Part shown: one piece after another, positions 17,521-27,142 of the stretch
Position numbering within the stretch: position 1 is the first letter of the stretch
Layout: every line of letters begins with the position of its first letter
Assembly: GCA_913055595.1 (NCBI GenBank)
Contig: CAJXLD010000001.1
Location: forward strand, 1-43,707
Length of the DNA stretch: 43,707 nt
Direction: 5' to 3'
Source of the DNA: an uncultured Altererythrobacter sp.
Lineage (GTDB): Bacteria; Pseudomonadota; Alphaproteobacteria; Sphingomonadales; Sphingomonadaceae
Position numbers and translations under genes: made by a program
Notes under the pieces: model-generated
Databases searched by the model: none
Told to the model about the DNA's origin: nothing
The model's input: only the letters and a program-made list of their open reading frames with translations

Positions 17521-17973
17521 GTGCGCGTCTATCTGGTGATCATCGACGAGACGGAGGAGGCCCATGCGGCCCTTCGCTTCGCGTCACGACGCGCGGCAAA
17601 GACCGGTGGTGTCGTGCATTTGCTGGCGCTCGTGCCCAAGCAGGCTTTCAGCGCCTTTGGCAGCGTACAGGCTACGATCGAGGAAGAAGCGCGTGACCGG
17701 GCGGAGATTCTCGCCAATGGAGCCGCTGGCGAATTGATGGTCGAAAGCGGAAAGATGCCGCAGATCGCTGTGCGCGTGGGTGACGGCAAGACGGTGATCA
17801 ACGAATATCTTGGCGAACACCCCGAAGTTGCCGCTTTGGTGCTCGGCGCCGCTCCCGAAGGTGCTCCTGGCCCGCTTGTCACCCATTTTTCTGCCAACGC
17901 GGGTAGTTTGCCCTGCCCGCTGTTCATTGTGCCCGGTGGACTTTCGGAAGAAGAAATCGACCGGTTGAGCTAG
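17521..17973 (+). CDS. Universal stress protein (GTG start at 17521)
   Basis: YLVIIDETEEA..ALRFA, LVLGAA...GPLV and CPLFIVPG motifs; GAGGGGAG RBS. Confidence 0.85.
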   Translation: MRVYLVIIDETEEAHAALRFASRRAAKTGGVVHLLALVPKQAFSAFGSVQATIEEEARDRAEILANGAAGELMVESGKMPQIAVRVGDGKTVINEYLGEHPEVAALVLGAAPEGAPGPLVTHFSANAGSLPCPLFIVPGGLSEEEIDRLS

Positions 17974-20246
17974 CGCTTCTTACGTCCTTGGTGGCGGATA
18001 TTGCCGGGACGACCTCTTTTGCCCACTTGGTGCTTCCCCTTGCGATCCTTGCGAATCCTGGATCTCGCCCGCGGCCTGCTGCCACGTGGTTCGATGGGCT
18101 GGCCATCGGCATCCACAGGCTCGAATTTTAGTGCACCTGTAAGCGGATTCGCCTCGGCCAAACGCAGCTTGAGCAAGTCCCCCACCGCATATCGCTGGCC
18201 CGTATCTTCCCCGATCAACGCGTGGGCCGCTTCGTCATGGCGGAAATATTCGCGTCCCAGCGAAGACACGGGAACCAGCCCGTCACCGCCCAGTTTCACG
18301 ATGGTGGCGAAGAAACCGAATTTCTGCACGCCGGTGATGCGCGTATCGAAAACCTCACCCACGCGGCCCGAAAGCCATGCTGCGACATAGCGATCGATCG
18401 TATCGCGCTCCGCCTCCATGGCGCGCCGCTCTGTCAGGCTGATCGCATCGGTGATCTTGCTCAGGTCCTCCCGGTCCTGGTCGGACAGACCGGTCTTGGC
18501 TGGCAAATCACTCTTGGGCTTGGGCTGCTCCAGTCCATAGGCATCCACCAGCGCGCGGTGCACCAGCAGGTCCGCATAGCGGCGGATCGGGGACGTAAAA
18601 TGTGCGTAGGAGCCAAGCGCAAGGCCGAAATGACCGACGTTTTTAGGCCCGTAATAGGCTTGCGTCTGGCTGCGCAGCACCGCTTCCATCACCAGCGCTT
18701 TCTCGCTTTCGTCGGAGATATCCTTGATCATCCGGTTGAACAGGCTGGGCGTGATCACCTGGCCGAGCGCCAGCTTCTTGCCGATGGAATCGAAATATTC
18801 GCGCAAGGCGATCAGCTTCTCGCGCGTAGGCGGTTCGTGGATGCGATAGACTACCGGGCTGGCCTTGCTCTCCAGCGCCTTGGCCGCCGCGACATTGGCC
18901 GCGATCATGAAATCCTCGACCACGCGATGCGCATCGAGCCTTTCGCGCACGGCGATCTCGGCGATCTTCCCCTGCTCGTCCAGCATGACGCGGCGCTCGG
19001 GCAAATCGAGGTCGAGCGGATCGCGATCACCGCGCGCCTTGGCGAGCAGATGCCACGCCTCCCACAAATGTCGCAAATTGGCAGGCGCATCGCCACTGTC
19101 GATGGCGGCCTGCGCTTCCTCATAGGCAATATTATGTGCGATCCGCACAATGGCGCGTTTGAACTCCCAGAAGGTGATCATGCCCTCGTTGGAGATATGC
19201 ATGTGGCACACCATGGCTGCGCGATCCTCGCCATGCCGCAGAGAGCAGGCATCGGCGCTCAGCACCTCGGGCAGCATGGGTACGACGCGATCAGGGAAAT
19301 AGACCGAATTGCCGCGCCGCCGCGCCTCACGATCCAGCTTTCCGCCGGGCCGGACATAGTGGCTGACATCGGCGATAGCGACGAGCGCATCATAGCCGCC
19401 ATCCTTGTTAGGCGCTGCCCAGATGGCATCGTCATGATCGCGGGCGTCTGCCGGATCGATGGCGATAATTGGCAGCCCCCGCAGGTCCTGGCGCTTCTCC
19501 TCGCTCAAGGGCAGTTTCGCGGCGAGCTCGGCTTCGGCCAGCACTTCTTCCGAGAAATGATGGGGAATGCCGTATTTGTGGATCGCTATAAGGCTGTAGG
19601 CGCGCGGCGCGAGCGGATCGCCCAACACCTCGGTCACCTTGACGCCCGAACGCGGCGAACGCCCTGCAGGCTCCGCCAAAACCAGCTGCCCTGCTTCCGC
19701 GCCGCCGATGTCGGAGACGGGAGAGGAGTTGCGGATCTTCTTATCGACCGGCGCCAGCCACGCCTTGCCCGCCGCATCCAACTCGATCACGCCCAATAAC
19801 GCCCCTTCGGCACTGGGCAATTTCTTCATCGGATGGGCAAGCCAACCGCTGCCCGCTTCCTCTGTGCGCGCAAGAATGCGGTCCCCAGTACGCAGCGCAG
19901 CCTGCTTCTTGCGTTCGATCACCCGAACGCGCGGCGGCGGCGTGGCATCATCCGGCTGCCAGGTTTCGGGGATGGCGATGGGCTCGCCCTCGTCGATCTC
20001 CACAATTCGCAGCACTGTGACCTTGGGCAGGCCGCCCATGCGATGGAAGGCGCTCTTCCGACCGTCGATCAATCCCTCTTCGGCCATGTCCTTGAGCAAG
20101 GCCTTGAGTGCAATCTTCTCCTGCCCCTTCAGGCGGAAATGCTTGGCAATCTCACGCTTGCCGACAGTCGTCTCGAAGGATTTGATGAATTCGAGCACCT
20201 GCTCCTTGCTGGGCAGACCGACAGACTTCTTGGGGCGCGCTGGCAT
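17970..20246 (-). CDS. rnr: Ribonuclease R
   Basis: IDPADARDHDDA, HFTSPIRRYADL, C-terminal S1 domain and basic tail. Confidence 0.95.
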   Translation of the reverse strand: MPARPKKSVGLPSKEQVLEFIKSFETTVGKREIAKHFRLKGQEKIALKALLKDMAEEGLIDGRKSAFHRMGGLPKVTVLRIVEIDEGEPIAIPETWQPDDATPPPRVRVIERKKQAALRTGDRILARTEEAGSGWLAHPMKKLPSAEGALLGVIELDAAGKAWLAPVDKKIRNSSPVSDIGGAEAGQLVLAEPAGRSPRSGVKVTEVLGDPLAPRAYSLIAIHKYGIPHHFSEEVLAEAELAAKLPLSEEKRQDLRGLPIIAIDPADARDHDDAIWAAPNKDGGYDALVAIADVSHYVRPGGKLDREARRRGNSVYFPDRVVPMLPEVLSADACSLRHGEDRAAMVCHMHISNEGMITFWEFKRAIVRIAHNIAYEEAQAAIDSGDAPANLRHLWEAWHLLAKARGDRDPLDLDLPERRVMLDEQGKIAEIAVRERLDAHRVVEDFMIAANVAAAKALESKASPVVYRIHEPPTREKLIALREYFDSIGKKLALGQVITPSLFNRMIKDISDESEKALVMEAVLRSQTQAYYGPKNVGHFGLALGSYAHFTSPIRRYADLLVHRALVDAYGLEQPKPKSDLPAKTGLSDQDREDLSKITDAISLTERRAMEAERDTIDRYVAAWLSGRVGEVFDTRITGVQKFGFFATIVKLGGDGLVPVSSLGREYFRHDEAAHALIGEDTGQRYAVGDLLKLRLAEANPLTGALKFEPVDADGQPIEPRGSRPRARSRIRKDRKGKHQVGKRGRPGNIRHQGRKKR

Positions 20247-20268
20247 ATCGCGGCCCTATTCCCAAGAA

Positions 20269-20335
20269 CCGCTCGTGTCGAGCATAGTCGAGACACCTGT
20301 GAACAACCCCTCTCGACTTCGCTCGAGGCGAACGG
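20269..20335. repeat. REP-like extragenic palindrome (two inverted ~26-nt units)
   Basis: CCGCTCGTGTCGAGCATAGTCGAGA...TCTCGACTTCGCTCGAGGCGAACGG; each arm also contains an internal TCGA-N7-TCGA hairpin. Confidence 0.7.
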
Positions 20336-20340
20336 AATTG

Positions 20341-21690
20341 CTAATCTGAGACCGGATAGAATGCGCCGCCCGGCACACCGCTCGCCACAGGGCTTTCGGA
20401 ACCATCAGCGGCAACCGAACTGACACCAACAATCCAGTCATCGCCTCTTTCAGGGCTGATCCAAACATCGATCGGGCCGTCGCGGCGCTGTTCGGGCAGC
20501 ATGGAGCGATCAACCGCGCCCCTCCATTCCCAATCCCGTGCATCGGTTGCGCGGTAATAGAGGTTGTATTCCACTGCCCCCGGTTCCTGATCGATCAGCA
20601 AAGCAATGCCCTTTCGCATCACTCCATCGATTGTGAAGCGAGGCGGCATGGGTGCGCGAGCGAGCTGGTCAATAGCCCGGACATTCAGCTGCGTGACCCC
20701 GGCAAGGTAGGCAAAGTCCATTTCGTCCACCGTATCGCCGTAGGTTACGCCATCTTCGATCCTCAGGTCCTGATGCTGATGCTCGTAATCTTCAATGGCG
20801 ACCGAAAAGCGGATAGCGGGCAGACCACGTTCGAGGAAAGGCAAATGGTCCCCGCCCCGCCCCATGCGATCGCTGCGCCAGGTCTGGCGGACATCGAGGC
20901 CACCCTCATATTCATTCGCCAGCTCATCCAGCCAGCGGGAGATATTGCGGCTCGGGCTGTCATTGGCCCCGCCCCTGCTGCGCATCGCAGCACGCATTGC
21001 ATCATCTGCATCCGCGCGAACGCCTTCGGAGAACACCCGCACATGCTCCGCATCGCACACTCTGTCGGAACCGCAGGACCCACCGACCACGTCATTGTTG
21101 AGCACCGCCTTGACCGTCCAGCCCTGTTCGAGAGCATAGTCCGCCAGCAACTCGCCGCCGAACAATCCCTGCTCCTCACCTGAAAGCAGCGCGTAGACCA
21201 CCGTACTGGGATATTGGCGCTGTGACAGGACACGCGCCGCCTCCAACACGAGCGCGCTGCCGCTGGCATTGTCATTGGCACCGGGCGCATCGCTCAATGC
21301 ATCCATCACGTCACTTGCCCGGCTATCGATATGCGCCTGAACGATGACGACCTCATCTGGACGCTCGCTGCCACGCTGGATCGCGACAACGTTCCGTATC
21401 AGCACGCCATCAGGGATACGATCTCCGGTCACTACGCGTTCGGGATGGATGATTTCCAGACAACCGCCGCATGCTCGCGATGTCGCTTCAAGCTCCGTTG
21501 TCGCCCAACGGCGGGCAGCACCAATACCGCGCACCGGATCGTCGGGATCGCTCAACGTATGGCGTGTGCCGAAAGAGACCAGCTTTTCAACGTCTGCCTG
21601 AAGCCTGTCTTGCGAAACATCGGCTCCCGGATCGGCCTGAGCAAGAGCAGGCGCAGCGATAAAGACCGTTAGACTGAGTAGATAGCGCAT
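20341..21690 (-). CDS. Secreted M28-family metallopeptidase
   Basis: AHIDS, GANDNASG, GEEQGL, NNDVVG and GDHLPF motifs; signal peptide from MRYLL. Confidence 0.88.
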   Translation of the reverse strand: MRYLLSLTVFIAAPALAQADPGADVSQDRLQADVEKLVSFGTRHTLSDPDDPVRGIGAARRWATTELEATSRACGGCLEIIHPERVVTGDRIPDGVLIRNVVAIQRGSERPDEVVIVQAHIDSRASDVMDALSDAPGANDNASGSALVLEAARVLSQRQYPSTVVYALLSGEEQGLFGGELLADYALEQGWTVKAVLNNDVVGGSCGSDRVCDAEHVRVFSEGVRADADDAMRAAMRSRGGANDSPSRNISRWLDELANEYEGGLDVRQTWRSDRMGRGGDHLPFLERGLPAIRFSVAIEDYEHQHQDLRIEDGVTYGDTVDEMDFAYLAGVTQLNVRAIDQLARAPMPPRFTIDGVMRKGIALLIDQEPGAVEYNLYYRATDARDWEWRGAVDRSMLPEQRRDGPIDVWISPERGDDWIVGVSSVAADGSESPVASGVPGGAFYPVSD

Positions 21691-21802
21691 TCGTCGATCA
21701 TTCGCGCACATTGCGGGGCCTCGCAAGCCTGATCCATTGCCAATCCTCAATTTCGTTTCTAACGTAACCTTCAGAACTCGACTGCAATGGGACTTCCAAG
21801 AC

Positions 21803-23812
21803 ATGAAGCTGAACCTGTTCTTCGGCCTGCTGGCCGCCACTGCCTTGTCACATCCCGCCCATGCCAATTCCGTACGCGATGTCATGGGGACGATTATCGT
21901 TGATCCCGGCACGCCCGACGTCATCAATGCGAAGTGCGATCGTTATATCGACGCGATCAACCAGCGGCGCGAGACGGTCACAAGCGGCAACGGCCAGGCG
22001 ACAGAAGCAAATGCACTTGTTCCGTTTGATGAAGCGGTGGGGCTGATGATAGCCGGTTCGGGAGAATTTGCCCTCTATCGTGAAGTGCTGCTCACACCTG
22101 AACTCCGGGACGCTGGCGGCGCCTGTGAAGTCCGGCTTTCCTCCATTGCCAGCGAGTTGAGTCTTTCGCGCCCGATCTATGACCGCTTGTCGGCGCTCGA
22201 TGCGTCCACACTCGATGGAGAAGCAAGTTCCTACCTTGCTGAAACGCTGGCCGATTTCGAGCGTGCTGGTGTCGCGCTGGATGATGACAAACGCGCCCGC
22301 GTGCAGGAAATCCAGGAGGAGCTTGCCTCTTTGTCGACCCAGATGGCGCGCAACATTGCCGAAGGTGTGCGAACCGTTACGGCGACACCTGAAGAGCTGG
22401 CAGGGTTGCCACAGGACTTCATAGACTCTCGCGAAGTAGGCGAGGACGGCCTGATCACGCTCACTACAGCCTACACCGATTACCAGCCTGTCATGACTTA
22501 TGCGGAAAATGACGATTTGCGGCGCAGGTTCGCGATGGAATATGCAAAGCGCGCATGGCCGGAAAACGACGATGTGCTGAAACAGATCTTCACCTTGCGT
22601 GCGGAGCTCGCTTCGATCCTTGGTCGCCCGAATTTCGCGACGCTCGCACTTGAAGACAAGATGCTCAATGATCCCGCTCTGGTCGAGCAATTGATGGCCG
22701 ACACATATGCCGCCGCGCGACCGGCAGGTGAGCGAGATTACGCACGCAGCCTGGCTGTCTTGCGCCAAATCGACCCCGATGCCGAACAAATCGAGCGCTG
22801 GCAGACCGGCTATATCTCTAATCTCACGCGGCAACAGCTGTTCGACTACGATTCACAGGAAGCGCGGCAGTATTTCGCCTACAACAATGTACGCGACGGC
22901 GTGCTGGAACTGACCGAGGACCTGTTCGGCGTCGAAATCCGGCAATGGGATACGGCCGTCTGGCATCCCGATGTCGAAGCCTATGAGATGGTCGATAATC
23001 ATGAAGTGATCGGCCGCTTCTATTTCGACAATCACCCGCGCCCGGGCAAATATACCCACGCCAACATGATCCCGATCTATCCGGGCATTCCGGGCGAGGA
23101 CGTGCCGGTTGGCGCGTTGGTGCAGAACCTGCCCAAGGGCGATCACTCGACAGGACTAATGGAACATGGCCAGGTGGAAACCCTGCTCCACGAATTCGGG
23201 CATATGATCCACGGAATGTTCGGGGGGAACCAGAAGTGGCTGGGCAACAACATCCTCAACATCGAATGGGACATGATCGAAGCTCCGTCCCAGATGCTGG
23301 AAAACTGGGTCTATGACTATGATACGCTGGCCAATTTCGCCGTCGATGCGCGAGGCAACACCATCCCGCGCGAGCTAGTCGAGAAGATGAACCGGGTCCG
23401 CTATTTCAATGCAGGGCTGACCGAACTGCGACAGTTGGGCCTCACCGCCATGTCCTTGCGCTGGCACATGGACCCTGTCCCCGAAAACCTGGGCGAAGCG
23501 GGCCGAAACCTGCGCACGCAATATGATCTGACGCCGGCTGCCGATTATGACGAGATGCAGGCGGCCTTCAGCCATCTCGATGGCTATTCGGCCTATTACT
23601 ACACCTACCTGTGGTCCCGCGTGGTTGGCGCCGATCTCTTCACTCGCTTCGAGGATGAAGGTATTCGCAACCGGGAGACTGCAGACGAATATCGGCGCGC
23701 AATATTGGAGCCCGGCGCATCTCGGCCCGCAGAAGAGCTAATTCGCGAATTCCTAGGTCGAGATGTGACTTTGGACGCCTTCCGCGCCGATCTGGAAACA
23801 GAGGTAGAATAG
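21803..23812 (+). CDS. Secreted M3-family (thimet oligopeptidase-like) metallopeptidase
   Basis: HEFGH, EAPSQMLE, HLDGYSAYYYTYLWS and FLGR motifs; signal peptide MKLNLFF...AHA. Confidence 0.9.
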   Translation: MKLNLFFGLLAATALSHPAHANSVRDVMGTIIVDPGTPDVINAKCDRYIDAINQRRETVTSGNGQATEANALVPFDEAVGLMIAGSGEFALYREVLLTPELRDAGGACEVRLSSIASELSLSRPIYDRLSALDASTLDGEASSYLAETLADFERAGVALDDDKRARVQEIQEELASLSTQMARNIAEGVRTVTATPEELAGLPQDFIDSREVGEDGLITLTTAYTDYQPVMTYAENDDLRRRFAMEYAKRAWPENDDVLKQIFTLRAELASILGRPNFATLALEDKMLNDPALVEQLMADTYAAARPAGERDYARSLAVLRQIDPDAEQIERWQTGYISNLTRQQLFDYDSQEARQYFAYNNVRDGVLELTEDLFGVEIRQWDTAVWHPDVEAYEMVDNHEVIGRFYFDNHPRPGKYTHANMIPIYPGIPGEDVPVGALVQNLPKGDHSTGLMEHGQVETLLHEFGHMIHGMFGGNQKWLGNNILNIEWDMIEAPSQMLENWVYDYDTLANFAVDARGNTIPRELVEKMNRVRYFNAGLTELRQLGLTAMSLRWHMDPVPENLGEAGRNLRTQYDLTPAADYDEMQAAFSHLDGYSAYYYTYLWSRVVGADLFTRFEDEGIRNRETADEYRRAILEPGASRPAEELIREFLGRDVTLDAFRADLETEVE

Positions 23813-23833
23813 CTTAATTCTGGTGGCGCGTGC

Positions 23834-25378
23834 CTAATAAGCGCGTGCCACCAAGATGCGCTCAACCGCATCGGCACCCGTAAAGATGCAGGCACCATCT
23901 GCCGGTTCCGAACCCTTGGGTACGTTCCGGATGGTCAGCTTGAGCGCTTTGAGCTGCTCGACGACGACGTCCAGCGCCTTGCCCGTTGGCTTGCTCCACT
24001 GCACTTCGACCCAACCGGGATAGCGTTTGTCATCTGCATAGAAAGCCGCCAGCTCGTCCATGCTGGTGACATCGCGCGTGATATTGCTGTCGCGACGTTC
24101 ACGGGCCTCGTTGAACAGGTTTGCCTGGATATCTTCAAGAAGCCGCGATGCACCTGCGGCAAATTCTTCGCGAGGCGTGAAAGAAAAGGCCGTCTTTCCA
24201 TTTTCGAGGTTCCATATCGCATCACGGCGCAGCACCGCGAGCTTGCCCTCGGACATGTCCCGTGATCCGACTTCGATGATCACCGGCGCGCCTTTGCGCA
24301 CCCAGTCCCACCTCTTGGCGGCAGCTTTGCCGGGGCGCTTGTCGAGCAGCACACGGATCGGTTCGCCAAGGGCCAACTGGCCGGCGAGCGCTGCACGCAC
24401 TTCCTCGCAATAGGCAAGCAGATCTTCGTCTTCAGGCTTGTCGCGCAGCATGGGCAGGATAACCACCTGGTGCGGCGCAATGCGCGGCGGAACGCGCAGA
24501 CCGTCATCATCGCCATGCGTCATGATCACGCCGCCGATGAGACGGGTCGAGACACCCCAGCTGGTTGTATGGCAGAACTGCTCACTGCCTTCGCTATCCT
24601 GATATTTGATGCCTGCCGCATGTGCGAAATTTGTGCCGAGGTAGTGGCTGGTTCCGGCCTGCAGCGCCTTGCCATCCTGCATCATCGCCTCAATGGACCA
24701 GGTCTCAAGCGCACCGGGGAAGCGTTCGTTTTCCGGCTTCTCCCCTGCAACCACCGGCATGGCGAGGTCTTCTTCCGCACAGGCACGATACATCTCCAGC
24801 GCGCGATGCGTTTCGCCGAGCGCATCATCGGCATCGGCATGGGCAGTATGCCCTTCCTGCCAGAGGAACTCACTGGTGCGCAGAAACATGCGGGTGCGCA
24901 TCTCCCAGCGCACAACATTGGCCCACTGATTCGTCAGCAGCGGCAGGTCGCGCCAGCTCTGGATCCAGCGCGCCATGGCATCACCGATGATGGTCTCCGA
25001 TGTCGGGCGAACCACCAACGGCTCTTCAAGCTTGGCTTCAGGATCGGGGATCAATCCGCCCTTCCCGTCTGCGATCAGACGATGATGTGTGACCACTGCC
25101 ATTTCCTTGGCAAAGCCTTCGACATGCGCCGCCTCACGCTCAAAATTGGCAAGCGGGATAAAGATCGGGAAATAGCAGTTCTGGACGCCGGCCGCCTTGA
25201 TCCGGTCATCCATCAGGCGCTGGATGCGCTCCCAGATGCCGTAGCCCCATGGCTTGATCACCATGCAGCCGCGCACACCGGATTCCTCTGCCATATCGGC
25301 GGCGGAAACGACTTCCTGGTACCAGGCAGCAAAATCATCTTCGCGCTTGGTGTTCAATGCGTGGCGTATTGCGGACAT
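23834..25378 (-). CDS. proS: Prolyl-tRNA synthetase, eukaryote/archaea-type
   Basis: VRPTSET, NVVRWE, FLRTSEFLWQEGH and QAGTSHYLG motifs; C-terminal ARAY. Confidence 0.96.
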   Translation of the reverse strand: MSAIRHALNTKREDDFAAWYQEVVSAADMAEESGVRGCMVIKPWGYGIWERIQRLMDDRIKAAGVQNCYFPIFIPLANFEREAAHVEGFAKEMAVVTHHRLIADGKGGLIPDPEAKLEEPLVVRPTSETIIGDAMARWIQSWRDLPLLTNQWANVVRWEMRTRMFLRTSEFLWQEGHTAHADADDALGETHRALEMYRACAEEDLAMPVVAGEKPENERFPGALETWSIEAMMQDGKALQAGTSHYLGTNFAHAAGIKYQDSEGSEQFCHTTSWGVSTRLIGGVIMTHGDDDGLRVPPRIAPHQVVILPMLRDKPEDEDLLAYCEEVRAALAGQLALGEPIRVLLDKRPGKAAAKRWDWVRKGAPVIIEVGSRDMSEGKLAVLRRDAIWNLENGKTAFSFTPREEFAAGASRLLEDIQANLFNEARERRDSNITRDVTSMDELAAFYADDKRYPGWVEVQWSKPTGKALDVVVEQLKALKLTIRNVPKGSEPADGACIFTGADAVERILVARAY

Positions 25379-25464
25379 TTCCTGCCTGAGTCTGCTTGAT
25401 TACGATTATGGGCACCCATGACGCCGCGAAGGCGCCAAGTCGAGAGGCGAGTTGCGCAAAAGGG

Positions 25465-26016
25465 TTAGCCGTCCAACTTGTCGAGCTTGTCCTGCATAGC
25501 CTTCATCTGCGCGCGCAGCTCAGCCAGCTCGTTATCGTCGTCATCCTTCGCTGGCGCTTGTTCGGCCGCATCGGGCATGAAAGCTTTGGCAGCCGCTTCG
25601 AACATGGCCATGTTTGTCTGCGCCATCTTTGTGAAAGCATCGGCGCCCATGCTGGATTTGAACGCATCCTGCAGCTTGGCCTGATTGGCCTGGAAGTTCT
25701 GCATCGTCGCTTCGAGGTAGTGCGGCATCATCGCCTGCATCGAATTGCCGTACATGGAGATAAGCTGGCGCAAGAAACTCACAGGCAGCATCTGCTCCCC
25801 GTGCGATTCCTCTTCCATGATGATCTGGGTCAGGATCGCATGCGTAATATCGTTGCCGGTCTTGGCATCGAGCACCTGGAAATCGACACCATCCCGCGTC
25901 ATCTGGGCAAGATCATCGAGCGTGATGTAGCTGGAAGACTGCGTGTTATAGAGACGCCGGTTAGCGTATTTCTTGATGATAATGGGCCCGTCGCCCGACT
26001 TGTCCTTCGCCGCCAT
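25465..26016 (-). CDS. phaR: Polyhydroxyalkanoate synthesis repressor PhaR
   Basis: IIKKYANRRLYNT..SSYITL, DITHAILTQII and FLRQLI motifs. Confidence 0.93.
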   Translation of the reverse strand: MAAKDKSGDGPIIIKKYANRRLYNTQSSSYITLDDLAQMTRDGVDFQVLDAKTGNDITHAILTQIIMEEESHGEQMLPVSFLRQLISMYGNSMQAMMPHYLEATMQNFQANQAKLQDAFKSSMGADAFTKMAQTNMAMFEAAAKAFMPDAAEQAPAKDDDDNELAELRAQMKAMQDKLDKLDG

Positions 26017-26048
26017 TCCGGAAGCACTCCTGTAAACCCGTTGCCCGG

Positions 26049-26088
26049 ACCTTAGCACTTGCAGCATGGGTCTGGCAATCTATTGCCA
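26049..26088 (-). promoter_or_regulatory. Putative phaR promoter/operator
   Basis: Minus strand TTGCCA-N18-TAAGGT with TGCTGCA in the spacer; perfect palindrome TGGCAAT-CT-ATTGCCA at 26073-26088. Confidence 0.45.
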
Positions 26089-26089
26089 A

Positions 26090-27142
26090 TCAGGACCGAA
26101 TTTCAAAGCGCGATCCGATGGTCGTCAGAAGTTCATACTGCGATAAGCCACTTCTCTGAGATTCACGCGGTAAATCGAAGAGAACACTCAAGAAATCACC
26201 TTCCTTGAGATTGGCGTTGGCAGAGCAATCCACCACGATCATATCCATCGATACCTGCCCCATAACAGGCAAATCATGGCCTTCATGCTGCAACGCGCAA
26301 GCCGCACCGCGCGCGCGAAGAAAGCCGTCGGCATAGCCGATCGATACGGTTGCAACCCGCATGGGCTTTTCGGCCGTGAACCGCGCATTGTAGCCGACGG
26401 TATCACCGGGCTGAAGCTCTCGGATCTGCAGCACGGCGGCCTCAGGATATGCCACCTGTCTGATGATCCCTTCCAGTTCCGGGCGCGGGATACCGCCATA
26501 AAGAGCCAGGCCCGGGCGCGTGAGATCGAAGGCAAAGTCCTGCCCCAGGGCAATTCCCGCGCTATTGGCAAGGCTGAGTTGACGGTGGGCGATGACTTCG
26601 GAAACTTCGCAAAAAGCATGCAGTTGCTGCGAATTCTGCGGCACGTCTTCGTCGGCGCAGGCGAGGTGGGACATTAGCAGATCGACCTCGAGCCCAGATA
26701 TCACTTCGGCTCCTGCTTGATCGGGCGAAATGCCGAGACGATTGATCCCGGTATCTACCATCAGATGGCAGCGCCCGCCCCCGCTTTGCTGCCATGTCGA
26801 AGCCTGCTTTACACTATTGATGACCGGAATCGCCCCGCTCGCACGCGCGAATGCTGCATCGGCCTCATTGGCTATTCCGTGCAATACGCTGACCATCGCC
26901 GCAGGCACATGCTCCAGGACTGTGGGAACCTCGGCCCAATGGGCGACAAAGAAATGCTTGCATCCCGCTTCCCTGAGAGAAGGCAAGACATGCTCGACGC
27001 CGAGGCCATAGGCATCGGCTTTGATTGCAGCTCCGGTTTGTGCAGACCCTGACATCTTGTCCAGTGCCCGCCAGTTTGCCACCAGCGCCGGTTTATCCAG
27101 GCTCAAGCGCAGCGAGGCAGGCGGCCGATCAGCCAAGGTCAT
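26090..27142 (-). CDS. alr: Alanine racemase
   Basis: AAIKADAYGLG (PLP Lys), DTGINRLG, ANSAG, RPGLALYG, GYADG and VSMD motifs. Confidence 0.94.
   Translation of the reverse strand: MTLADRPPASLRLSLDKPALVANWRALDKMSGSAQTGAAIKADAYGLGVEHVLPSLREAGCKHFFVAHWAEVPTVLEHVPAAMVSVLHGIANEADAAFARASGAIPVINSVKQASTWQQSGGGRCHLMVDTGINRLGISPDQAGAEVISGLEVDLLMSHLACADEDVPQNSQQLHAFCEVSEVIAHRQLSLANSAGIALGQDFAFDLTRPGLALYGGIPRPELEGIIRQVAYPEAAVLQIRELQPGDTVGYNARFTAEKPMRVATVSIGYADGFLRARGAACALQHEGHDLPVMGQVSMDMIVVDCSANANLKEGDFLSVLFDLPRESQRSGLSQYELLTTIGSRFEIRS

Noticed and set aside
18222-19799. 525-aa plus-strand ORF
   Set aside because: It lies wholly antisense to rnr with no recognisable motifs, as expected for a shadow ORF from high-GC codon bias
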